From assembly GCF_020745735.1 (NCBI RefSeq), contig NC_083411.1, forward strand, positions 20,729,263-20,793,262: a stretch of DNA of 64,000 nt, given 5' to 3'. This DNA is from Hemiscyllium ocellatum (lineage: Eukaryota). Within the stretch, counting starts at the first letter, position 1, and the number at the start of each line of letters is the position of its first letter. The position numbers and the translations under genes are program-made. The notes beneath the pieces were generated by a model. That model was not told where the DNA came from. It ran no database searches and worked only from the letters and a program-made list of their open reading frames with translations. This document shows positions 52,846 through 64,000 of this stretch, piece after piece.

Positions 52846-54727
52846 AAACACTTCAATTCAACTGAGGCATTCAAGAAGGTATTGATGATTATTTAAATAG
52901 AAACAATGTGGTGAGAGAAAAGGTATGAGAGTGGCACTGAGTTAAAATGCTGAGGGAGCCAATGGAGACATGATGGGCTGACTGGCTTACTTCTGCATCA
53001 TAACAATTCTGTGATTGGAAGTGATTGTGTATATAAGCTTCAGTCATCCAGGTTTCCCGTTATTCTTTATCTCAGTCATTCCTGTGTACCAGTAATACAG
53101 AGTATCTCAAAGATAATGTTGTTTGTGAACCATAGCGATCATCACATTAGCTGATGATTGGATTGCACAGTACCACATGTCTGTATCCGTATAGAGTTGT
53201 ACTTTTCCCTTACCTACTCAATAAATTCCATTGAAATTTTAAACTTCTTACATCTTTGTAAATTGCTGGAGGCAGCCCCAGTCTTGGCATTAGCACATTT
53301 CCAATACTCCTGTCTGGTCACTGTAACTTTGAGCTTGTCAAATCTTTGTTGGCCCTATTCACAAGTCTTCTTCACCCATTGGTTTACCTGTGCTTGCTAA
53401 CCTACATTCGTTCTTGGTGGAATAAGGCCATGCTTAATTTTAAGATTCTCCTCCTTTTCAAATCCATGGTCTTGGCCCTCTCATTCTTTGTCATGTCCTG
53501 CATTCTACAAACTTACAGGATCTCTGATCACTGCCTCAGTCAAATTATGCCCGAGGACAAATGCTTTGTTTTATTCATGCCATCATTGACATCTGTGCCA
53601 TAACCTGTAAAATCCCTAAATTCTGCAATTCTAACCATAAATTCTCCACCAATTGAAAAACGTAGCAGTTCTGAAGGAGTTAAGGTTCATGTTGCATTGG
53701 CTCCCCCCATTTTATTGTTACACACAGTATGTTGATAGAGACAAGGAGTACTACTCTGGTTTTCAGATGAAGCAGGTATACCTGTATCAGCTCCTGAAGA
53801 TGCTGGAAATTGTACACAACTGAAAACAGTACCTGTTGCTATAATGCAATAAACCTTCTTGTTATCTATGAGTGACGCCTCTTCTGTAGATACTCTACAG
53901 TGTTGCATTCTCAACTGTTAATTACTGGAAAGGCTTGGGGCAAAAAGAGACAAAGAAGTGAATTTCTAGTAGCAGTGAATTTCCTTAAACAACGAGTACC
54001 CAGTACCACACACTGGCAAAGGCTACCACAAGCTACCAGCAGTGGTCATCTGTGAAAATGCCACACCTCCTCTGTCTTTATAAATATTCATTAAAACCCA
54101 CGTTTCCACCTGTTCTCGTGCCTCCTTATGCAGCTCGGTATCATATTCAATGAAACGCCTCAGGCCACGTTACCAAGTTAAAGGTGCTATGTAAATGCGT
54201 GTTGCTGCAGATGAATGTACGTCTCCTGTTGCCTCAGGAGAAATGGAGAATGTTTCTCATAAAGGGATTTGACTGGGCTGCTTGTGAAGGAGCCCCAGGA
54301 AACATAAATAAAGCCACAGGCAGCTGTGTCTCGCAGTTTTTGCTCCTGGCAGCAGAAAGACTGAGTAGTCGTGCAGCTCACACAGGCCATTAAGGCATTT
54401 TCCACACATTGGTGACCTTCTCCAACCAGGGGTTTGGCCCACTGCCAAGTCAAAGTTTTATTTCACAGCTTTTACAATTGTTTCTTAGCAATTCTTACAT
54501 TTGCCTTGTAACCAGATGCTGTTCAGCTCAAACTTTCAATGATCTGGATGCTCCATTACACGTTAGGCATGGACATGTATGTACAATCTCTTACACGTGC
54601 ATGTATCACTGTGTTTATAAAGTATTGGGATAGCAGGGGTGCTTCTAACCAGGCAGCTCATAGCAACACTGACAAAAACAAAGGAATAGATCCTTTTCTT
54701 AATTAAGGATTTGTATGCCATGAGATT

Positions 54728-54965
54728 ATAAAACATATGAGCAGAAACAAGCCATTCAGCCCATTGAATCTGCTCCACTATTCAATGGGATCACAGCTGG
54801 CCTGATCATTCTCAACTCCATTTTCCTGATTCTATGAATGATTAAAATTCTGTCTATCTCAGCTATGAACATATTTAATGACACAGCCTCATAGCCCTCT
54901 GCAATAAAGAATTTCACAGATTTGTTACTCTCTGACAGAATAAATTTCTCCTTATATCCATTTTG
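54728..54965 (-). mobile_element. Old CR1 3' UTR remnant
   Basis: GCCATTCAGCCC...CTGCTCC..CATTCAAT pattern. Confidence 0.55.
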
Positions 54966-56841
54966 TAGGAGTTCAAAGAAGGTACAGAAATACTGATTCT
55001 ACGAAGAACAGTTTAATGCCCTGTTTGATCCAACAAGGATATCGAAGCAAACCAGGTAATATTGGAGACATCTGGCAATCAGGCCTGAGGAGCAAACTTG
55101 GATGTACTTAAACAAGCTTTAGCTCCCAAGTTTGACACAATAAATATTCTTATTCCTATTGGGGCAGTAATGCAATCGGACAGATTGGACAGCCGTTAGA
55201 GGATCTCTGCTCATTTGTAAATCCATTGCAATCGACAAGTATATTTTATTTCAGATTAACAATTCCACTAAAAATACAAAAATAAATTATCATTTCATAA
55301 AACTATCCCTCCTTTCCACTTCTCTTAAACATCCATGAATTTCCTGTGTGTCTGAAGCACCAATGTAGCCGAAAGGAGCAAATGAAATGGATGCTGTGCA
55401 CAATTTAAGAGACTGTGCTAATTGGACAGCCCATCAGGCATTATGTCACTTAGCAATGACCCCTGGTTATGTGATGGAGCTGAGCCTTTATTACCCTTGT
55501 CATTTGTAGCTGATTCAACAATACTGCTGGTTAGCAGTTCACTGGACGCTGAGTGCTGGATCCAGTGACCGACAGTATGCAGAACAAGAATCACTTCACC
55601 GAAAATTTACATTTTGAGTTGACAGTTTAAGACCATGGTGAATAAATTGGAAAAGAGCTCATTTGGCAGAAAGAGCTGTGAGCTCCCCTCACAGGCACCG
55701 TGCACACTGGAATATTAAAACCAATAGTGTTATGTTTTACATGAAGGAGCATTATTTAAAGCTAAAAGTGCTTGCACATCCCTTGAAGTGTTAAAGAAAA
55801 GTGTTTTTGAGGGTGTTGGGTACAACAAATGTGTCATAGTGGAGAGGGAGTCAGGAGTTTAAGGTGGTGTTCAAAAGGGAATGGGATACTTTTTTCCATT
55901 TCGAAAGAATAATCCTGTGGTGGGAATGAAAAACAATGGGGAGTTTCATTGCCGGAAAATAAACAGATTTGGATGAAGTAGGGGGTTTGCATTCGAAAAA
56001 ATCTGAATCCTGACAAATCTGCCTCCAAACTGTCCACTGCCATTTTTAATTGGGATTAGTCGTGGTCCCCAGCAGCCAACCTGCTCCATGAGTTGAGTTG
56101 ACAAGTTAAATATCCTAACGAGGCTGCATGTCTCATTTTTGGCCATAGTTTCTAATTTAACTTCAGATGAATTCTCACTTTATGGAAACACATCAATGAT
56201 ACGGAGACAAGGAACTAGAGGACCAGCTGTGCTGAGGTAGGATATTCCCGGAAATACATCCATGGAAGTTATTTGGGTGGAAATGAGAAATAAGAAAGGA
56301 TGATAACCTTATTGGGATTGTATTATAGACCCCCTAATAGTCAGAGGGAAATTGAGAAACAGACTGAGAAGGAGATCTCAGCTATCTGTAAGAATAATAG
56401 GGTGGTTTTAACTTTCCAATCATAGACTGGGACTGCCATAGGTTAAGGGTATAGATGAGGAGGAATTTGTTAAGTGTGGACAAAAAATATTTCTGATTCA
56501 GTATGTGAATGGACCTACTAGAGAAGATGCAAAACTTGACTGACTCTTGGGAAACAAGGCAGGGTAGGTGGCTGAGGTGTCAGTGGGGGAGCACTTTGGG
56601 ACCAGCGACCAGAATTCTATTAGATGTAAAATAATAATGGAAACAGATAGACCAGATCTAAAACTTGAAGTTCTAAATTGGAGAAAGGCCAATTTTGATG
56701 GTATTCGGCAAGAATTTTTGAAAGCTGATTTGGGGCAGATGTTCGCAGGTAAAGGGACGGCTAGAAAATGGGAAGCCTTCAGAAATGATTTAACGAGAAT
56801 CCAGAGAAAGTATATTCCTGTTAGGGTGAAAAGAAAGGCTA

Positions 56842-57712
56842 GGAGAAAGTGAGGACTGCAGATGCTGGAGACCAGAGTTGAAAAATGTAATGCTGGAAAA
56901 GCACAGCAGGCCAGGCAGCATACGAGGAGCAGGAGAATCAAAGTTTCTGGCATAAGCCCTTCTTCAGGAATGAGGCTGGTGTGCCAGGTGGGCTTAGATA
57001 AAAGGTAGGGGGGGAGGGGATTTGGGGGAGGCGTGCTGGGAATACGATAGGTGGAAGGAGGTGAGGGTGATAGGCTGGAGAGGGGTGGGGGCAGAGAGGT
57101 CAGGAAGAAGATTGCAGGTTAGGAAGGTGGTGCTGAGTTCGAGGGATTTGACTGAGACAAGGTGGGGGGAGGGGAAATGAGGAAACTGGAGAAATCTGAG
57201 TTCATCCCTTGTGGTTGGAGGGTTCCTAGGCGGAAGATGAGGCGCTCTTCCTCCAGGCGTCCTGTGGTCAGGGTCTGGCGATGGAGGAGGCAAGGACCTG
57301 CATGTCCTGGGCGGAGTGGGAGAGGGAGTTAAAGTGTTGAGCCACGGGGCGGTTGGGTTGGTTGGTGCGGGTGTCCCAAAGGTGTTCCCTGAAACGTTCC
57401 GCAAGTAGGCGGTCTGTCTCCCCAATGTAGAGGAGACCACTTCGGGTGCAACGGATACAGTAACTGATGTGTATAGAGGTGCAGGTGAATTTGTGATGGA
57501 TATGGATGGATCCACTGGGGCTTTGGAGGTAGGTGAGGGAGGAGGTGTGAGCGCAAGTTTTGCACTTCTTGCGGTTGCAGGGGAAGGTGCCGGGAATGGA
57601 GGTTGGGTTGTGGGGGTGTGGACCTGACGAGGGAGTCGCGGAGGGAGTGATCTCTCCGCAACGCTGATAGGGGTGGGGAGGGAAATATATCCCTGGTAGT
57701 GGGGTCTGTTTG
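56842..57712 (-). mobile_element. Neptune-type PLE 3' fragment encoding a GIY-YIG endonuclease (parent of family A)
   Basis: PGTFPCNRKKCKTCAH...ISYCIRCTRSGLLYIGETDRLLAERFREH...RRLEEERLIFRLGTLQPQGMN, then a decayed hammerhead and the family A pLTR and tail; imperfect TSD GAAAAG(G)AAAGRCT. Confidence 0.92.
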
Positions 57713-59194
57713 GAAAAGGAAAGACTGGTAGGTACAGGGAATGCTGGATGACTAAAGAAATTGAGGGTTTGGTTAAGAAAAAGAAGGAAGCATGTAGAAG
57801 GTATAGACAGGATAGATCGAGTGAATCCTTAGAAAAGCATCAAGAAAGTAGAAGTATACTTAAGAGGGAAATTAGGAGGGCAAAAAGGGGACATGAGATA
57901 GCTTTGGAAAATAGAATTAAGGAGAATCCAAAACGTTTTTACAAATACTTTAAGGACAAAAGGGTAACTAGGGAGAGAATAGGGCCCCTCAAGGATCAGC
58001 AAGGCAGCCTTTGGGTGGAGACACAGAAAATACAGAGACACAGAGTGTTTTGCATCAGTATTTATTGTGGAAAAGGATATGGAAGATATAGAATGTAAAG
58101 AAATAGATAGTGACATCTTGCAAAATGTTTATATTACAGAGGAGGAAGTGCTGGATGTCTTGAAAGAGGTAAAGATGGATTAATCCCCAGGACCTGATCA
58201 GGTGTACCCGAGAACTCTGTGGGAAGCTAGAGAAGTGATTGCTGGGCCTCTTGCTGAGATATTTGTATCATCGATAGTCACAGGTGAGGTGCCAGAAGAC
58301 TGGAGGTTGGCAAACGTGGTGCTACTGTTTAAGAAGGGTGGTAAGGACAAGCCAGGCAACTGTAGGCCAGTGAGCCTGATGTCGGTGGAGGGCAAGTTGT
58401 TGGAGGGAAGCCTGAGGGATAGGATGTACATGTATTTGGAAAGGCAAGGACTGATTAGGGATAGTCAACATGGCTTTGTGCGTGGGAAATCATGTCTCAC
58501 AAACTTGATTGGGTTTTTTGAGGAAGTAACAAAGAGGATTGATGAGGGCAGAGCAGTGGATGTGATCTATATGAACTTCAGTAAGGTGTTCAACAAGGCT
58601 CCCCATGGGAGACTGATTAGTAAGGTTAGACCTCATGAAATACAGGGAGAACTACCATTTGGATACAGAACTGGCTCAAAGGTAGGAGACAGAGGGTGGT
58701 GGTGGAGGGTTGTATTTTAGACTGGAGGTCTGTGACCAGTGGAGTCCCACAAGGATTGGTGCTGGGTCCTCTACTTTTTGTCATTTACATAAATGATTTG
58801 GATGCGAGCATAAGAGGTACAGTTAGTAAGTTTGCAGATGACACCAAAATTGGAGGTGTAGTGGACAGTGAAAAGGGTGACCTCAGATTACAACAGGATC
58901 TGGACCAGATGGGCCAATGGGTTGAGAAGTAGCAGATGGAGTTTAATTCAGATAAATGCGAGATGCTGCATTTTGGGAAAGCAATTCTTAGCTGGACTTA
59001 TACACTTAATGGTAAGGTCCTAGGGGGTGTTGCTGAACAAGGCGACCTTGGAGTGCAGGTTCATAGCTCCTTGAAAGTGGAGTCGCAGGTAGATAGAATA
59101 GTGAAGAAGGCATTTGATATGCTTTCCTTTATTGGTCACAGTATTGAATACAGGGGTTGGGAGGTCATGTTGTGGCTGTACAAGATATTCGTTA

Positions 59195-59410
59195 AGTAAA
59201 AAATGAGGTCTGCAGATGCTGGAGATCACAGCTGAAAATGTGTTGCTGGTCAAAGCACAGCAGGCCAGGCAGCATCTCAGGAAAAGAGAATTCGACGTTT
59301 CGAGCATAAGCCCTTCATCAGGATGAAGGGCTTATGCTCGAAACGTCGAATTCTCTTTTCCTGAGATGCTGCCTGGCCTGCTGTGCTTTGACCAGCAACA
59401 CATTTTCAGC
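59195..59410 (-). mobile_element. Fold-back mini-PLE family A, perfect palindrome
   Basis: 89-bp perfect inverted repeat (59231-59319 and 59322-59410); 14-bp TSD CAAGATATTCGTTA (59181-59194 and 59411-59424); hammerhead core intact on - strand. Confidence 0.95.
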
Positions 59411-60282
59411 CAAGATATTCGTTAGGCCACTATTGGAATATTGCATGCAATTCTGGTCTCCTTCCTATTGGAAAGATGTTGTGAAACTTGAAAGTGTTCA
59501 GAAAAGATTTACAAGGATGTTGCCAGAGTTGAAGGATTTGAGCTATAGGGAGAGGCTGAACAGGCTGGGGCTGTTTTCCCTGGAGTGTCGGAGGCTAAGG
59601 GGTGACCCTATAGAGGTTTACCAAATTATGAGGGGCATGGATAGGGTAAATAGGCAAAATCTTTTTCCCTGGGATCAGGGAATCCAGAACTAGAGGGCAT
59701 AGGTTTTGGTTGAGAGGGAAAAGATATAAAAGAGACCTGCGGGGCAACATTTTCACACAGAGGATGGTACGCATGTGGAATGAGCTGCCAGAGGGTGTGG
59801 TGGAGGCTTGTACAATTGCAACATTTAAGAGGCATTTGGATGGGTATATGAATAGGAAGGGTTTGAAGGGATATGGGCCAGGTGCTGGCAGGTGGTACTA
59901 GATTGGGTTGGGATATCTGGTCGGCATGGATGGTTTGGACCAAAGGGGCTGTTTCCATGCTGTACATCTCTATGACTTTATGACTGTATGGCTCTATACT
60001 CCCAACTTTGCCTTATAAGTGGTATACAGACATGAGGAGAGTCAGCGAGTGGGTTACTTCCTACAAAATTCCCAAACTCTGACCAGCTCTGTGGCCATAA
60101 TGTGTATATGGCTATTTCACTTCAGTTTCTCATCAATGGATATGCCCAGTTAGTGGGCAATTCAGCAATGGCAATACTATTGGATGGTGAGTGGAGAAAG
60201 TTGCTTTCTCTCGTTGGAAATAGTTATTGCCTGGCAAATTGTGTGCTATAAATGTTATTCTCCATTCGCAGACATTTTAGGT

Positions 60283-60576
60283 TAGATTAGGTTCTCTCCA
60301 GTATGGAAACAAGCCCTTTGGCCCAACAAGTCCACACCGATCCACCGAAGAGTAGCCCATCCATTCCCCATATTCACTCCTGACTATGAGCAATTTAGCA
60401 TGACCAATTCACCTAACCTGCAAATCTTTGGATTGTCGGAAGAAACCAGAGCACCCGGAGGAAACCCACACAGACACGGGAAGAATGTGCAAACTCCACA
60501 CAGTCACCCAGGGCAGGAACTGAACCTGGATCCCTCGTGCTGTGTGGCAGCAGCGCTAACCACTCTGCCACCATCC
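60283..60576 (-). mobile_element. HE1-like V-SINE
   Basis: Tail, V core, head. Confidence 0.82.
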
Positions 60577-60664
60577 CAGACAGATTTTGCCCAGATGGTG
60601 CTATGTATGGCCTGCTTTATACCTGTGAAGTGGTGTCAATGGTGCTGAACACTGTATAATCATC

Positions 60665-61110
60665 AGTGAACACCTCCTTGAGTTATAAGGAGAGGTTGGA
60701 TAGGCTGGGACCTTTTTCACTGGAGCATAAGAGGTTGAGAGGTGACCTTACAGAGGTTTATAAAAGCATTAGGGGTATAGATATGGTGAAAGGCCGATAT
60801 TTTTGTTCCATAGAATGGAAGATTTCAAGACTGGGGGCATATTTTTAAGGTGAAAGGAGAAAGATTTTGAAAAAGACATGAGGCGGAATTTGTGACAGAG
60901 TGTGGCTTGTGTGTGACATGAACTTCCAGAGGAAGTGGTAGATGCAGGTACTGATACAACATTTAAAAAGCATTTGGATAAGTACATAACTAGAAATGTT
61001 TGGGGGGGGACATGAGCCATGCACAGGCAGTTGGGACTAGTTTAGTTTGGGATTATGATCGGCATGGACTGGTTTGATCGAAGAGTCTGTATCCTTGCTG
61101 CATGACCCTA
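60665..61110 (+). mobile_element. CR1 3' fragment
   Basis: LSYKERLDRLGPFSLEHKRLRGDLTEVYK. Confidence 0.88.
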
Positions 61111-61431
61111 TAAATGCTACCTTTAGTGAGCTGGGGTAATTGAGGTCTGGAGTTCTCTTGTGGGACATAGGCATCACTGGCTGAGGCAGCATTTCTTGCC
61201 TGTCTCTAGTTGCCCTTGAGAACATGAAGGTGAACGGCCTTCTTGAAGTGCTGCAGTCGATTTGGTGTCAGCAGGGATATGCATGTGTGGAGTTGATCTG
61301 AGGGCGTAGGATTAGAAACATCAGTGAGGACGTACGGAGTTGCAAAGAGGGAATAATATTGTTGTTAGGAGGTCAGCAGAGATCAAAATGGAGGTGATGT
61401 CCAATTAAGGGCAGGCTAATGTGGCAGCACT

Positions 61432-61705
61432 TATAGAGTCATAGAGTCATAGAGGTGTACAATATGGAAACAGACCCTTTGGACCAACCCACCCAAGCCG
61501 ACCAGATATCCCAACCCAGACCCTTTGGACCCACCTGCCAGCAACCCGGCCCAATCCCTCCAAACCTTTCCTATTCATATGCCCATCCAAATGCCTCTTA
61601 AATGTTGCAGTTGTACAAGTCTCCACCACTTTCTCTAGCAGCTCATTCCATACACGTATCATCCTCTGTGTGAAAATGTTGCCCCATAGGTCTCTTTTAT
61701 ATCTT
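61432..61705 (-). mobile_element. Young CR1 3' end
   Basis: GNIFTQRMIRVWNEL; (ACTCTATG)n tail. Confidence 0.9.
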
Positions 61706-61914
61706 GCCCAGGACTGGAAATCTTGTATGCCCTCCAGCCCATCCCATCCCACACTCGTCAGTGCTCAAATCTCCCACTACATCTGAAGCAAAATGTATCG
61801 ACCAGCCTGATATCCATACGGAGAACCTGTGGTTGATGTTACATGCAACACTATGGGGTTTAAACATCAATTCTTCATTTCGAAAAAGTCCATGCACTAT
61901 AGGCAAGCCACCAT

Positions 61915-62015
61915 CAACCAACCTCCCCCCGCCCACCCCCCCCCCCCCGCAACCAACCACCCCTCCCTTCCCCCACCCCCATCCTCCACACACACTTACC
62001 CCTGCCCACCACATC
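61915..62015. repeat. C-rich low-complexity tract
   Basis: Multiple runs of C, the longest 13 nt. Confidence 0.85.
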
Positions 62016-62748
62016 ACTAACTTCTAGTGGGCCAAAAAAATTGGCATTTCCTCCTCCAAGTTCCTGCCCTGAGTTTTCTGGCAAGTAACAAAACCATCAC
62101 ACTAAACTGTAGTATCACAAATGCTTAAAATGATTGCTCAGTAGAGAACTCTCAGTCACTGTCTAAGTCACCATCTCTCTAGATTAGAGTTGCATAGTGT
62201 TTGCATTGAGGGGACAGTCAGTACATGTGCTGAACCTCTTGCTGCCCAATAACTTGCAAGTAACAGATGGAAGATAGTTTCTTCCACCCTCTGCTGGACA
62301 CAGATCTTGGGAAGACAGTTCCCCATGGTGATTATTAGGTAGGTTGCTAGCTTGCACAGAAACTGGTTGTGGTATTGTTGTAAGTGTGGACAGCAAACCA
62401 GAGCAAATTCCCAGCTCCTCTTTAAAATAGTGCCAAGAGATGTTCTGCTTCCACCAAAGTGGGCAGAATGTGCCTCTGTCAAATACAGCTACGTTAATGT
62501 AACATTCCTTCAGTATTGTGCTGGAGTGTCAGCCCAGCTAATGTGTTTGAGTCTCTGAAACACAGCATGACCCCGCAAACTTCCAACTCAAAGATGAGAA
62601 TGCAACTGCTTCAACCACAAACCATTAAATTGCTCCTCCTGTTGTTTGTGAATACAGAATGAAATTGTGATGCCATTCATAACTAACGCCTCAGTTTCAG
62701 CTCACACTTGAAGCACTGGGACTTGGACAGGTTTGTGAAAAGCATCTG

Positions 62749-62985
62749 ATTAGACTAGATTGGATTCCCTACAGCGTGGAAACAGGCCCTTCGGCCCAAC
62801 CAGTCCACACCGACCCTCCAAACAGCAACCCAACTAGACACATCCCACTACCCTATATTTACCTAACACAATGGGCAATTTAGTATGGCCAATTCACCTG
62901 ACCTGCACATCTTTGGACTGTGGGAGGAAACTGGAGCACCCGGAGGAAATAGGGAGAATGTGCAAACTCCGGACAGTCGCTTGGG
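62749..62985 (-). mobile_element. HE1-like V-SINE, 5'-truncated
   Basis: Tail and V core, no tRNA head. Confidence 0.8.
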
Positions 62986-63552
62986 TGTAGCTGTAACCTG
63001 AGTCCGTGCCTAGAGGCCAGGAAAGGAAAGGATATGAGACTGACGGAAAGACTCAGCAAAGTACATCTCAACATGCAATACTTCAAACCTAACTGCTTGA
63101 AGGAAATCGACATATGTCCTTGGAATGTAAAGGGTGGAAGCCTCACTGTGGACTAACCAAATCTGATAAGCAAAAAGGTGGGCAAATTGAGAAAATCAAT
63201 GAGTGTAAATGAGATCTCTAGATCCATGTGTGTGTGTGGAGCGAAAAAAGAAAGAAAATGAGATCCACCAAGTGGTGCTTCACAAAGCCCAGGTTGTTTC
63301 TTTTTTAAATAAGTTCAGTGACTTTTGTAACTTACTTAATTCACAGTTCAATTGTAAAAAGAATATACCCTATTATTTTATATGTCTGGGTTATTGAACA
63401 CTTTTGCTCCTGGTTATGCTGGTCGACTGACTTTCAATTGTGCCAATCTCTGTGGCACAATTGGTCAATGCATTTGGCCATTGACTGAAAGGTTGGTGGT
63501 TCGAGACAACCCAGGGATGGAGCGAGCGCTGCATTCACTTCATTGGTTAATT

Positions 63553-63844
63553 GGGGGCGGCACGGTGGTTTAGTGGTTAGCACTGCTGCTTCCGGGTTAA
63601 AGGTCCGCCTCGGGTGATTGACTGTGTGGAGTTTGCACGTTCCCTGCATGGTTTCCTCCGGGTGCTCCGGTTTCCTCCCACAATCCAAAGATGTGCAGGT
63701 CAGGTGAATTGGCCATGCTAATCTGCCCATAGCGTTAGGTGCATTAGTCAGGGGTAAAAATGGGGTGGGTGGGTAACTCATCAGAGGGTCGGTGTGGACT
63801 TGTTGGGCCGAAGGACCTATTTCCCTACTGCAGGGAATCTAATC
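63553..63844 (+). mobile_element. HE1-like V-SINE
   Basis: GGCGGCACGGTGG head, V core, tail. Confidence 0.88.
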
Positions 63845-64000
63845 ATTTAGTAAATGGTCAGTTGATAATTAGAATCTGTTCTTACCAATCAGCTGCATTA
63901 GAAATTCAAATACACTTCACTTGTCCATTGGATTGATATACTGTATGGAGCACTTTCAAGGCCAAACTCAAGTTATGCAGAATTAATTAATTTTGGAAAT

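Larger units (their letters stand above)
46070..53015 (+). mobile_element. Old near-full-length CR1 LINE (ORF1 with SGNH esterase, APE, RT, 3' UTR) with nested insertions
   Basis: ORF1 remnants EISLTNQFS, CL..ARIRDVTEQLQGIL, YKLD.LHLN; RT remnants YRPVSLT, SKFVNETKFG; the 3' end resumes at about 52846 after the AAACACT repeat. Confidence 0.75.
56175..59990 (+). mobile_element. Young CR1 (HER1-like) near-complete ORF2 (APE and RT), frameshifted, with two PLE insertions
   Basis: YYRPPNS, EHFGTSD, PEDWRLANV..LFKKG.KDKPGN.RPVSL, VTSGVPQGLVLGPLLFVIYINDLD, SKFADDTK. Confidence 0.95.

Noticed and set aside
1528-59410. Palindromes as MITEs, pre-miRNAs or CRISPR-like repeats
   Set aside because: Variable long TSDs, a one-sided tail, hammerhead cores and continuity with a GIY-YIG ORF indicate PLEs; there is no repeat-spacer array
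57748-59901. Long ORFs as a host gene or active LINE
   Set aside because: Frameshifted, stop-containing CR1 ORF2 with insertions
62140-62340. EETIFHLLL motif of an L1/Tx1 zinc knuckle
   Set aside because: Too short and degenerate to call
2797-63844. tRNA genes
   Set aside because: The A/B boxes belong to SINE heads joined to V cores; no stand-alone tRNA was seen

Overview
Vertebrate genomic DNA, most likely a shark or other elasmobranch. This is inferred from many HE1-like V-SINEs, HER1-like CR1 LINEs with (ACTCTATG)n tails, and SacSINE1-like DeuSINEs. I recognise no host protein-coding gene, so the window looks intronic or intergenic, and the ORFs I could assign derive from decayed transposons. 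It holds CR1 LINEs (one old near-full-length copy with nested insertions, one younger near-complete ORF2), a Rex1/Babar LINE, about 12 HE1-like SINEs, solo LTRs and a few repeat-poor blocks. Two systems stand out. (1) About four families of Penelope-like elements (PLEs) occur mostly as 100-300 bp fold-back insertions with target-site duplications (TSDs). They carry minimal type I hammerhead ribozyme motifs, intact on both strands at about 39.1 kb, and a GIY-YIG-encoding parent fragment lies at 56.8-57.7 kb. (2) Three short Tx1-derived elements with the same 5' end are stacked at one site (ACRAGTGTC) just downstream of the CCAAT/TATA-like boxes of a solo LTR. One carries a transduced piece of another LTR copy, suggesting an LTR-targeting, site-specific retroelement. 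Family names come from recognition by eye, and most boundaries are approximate.
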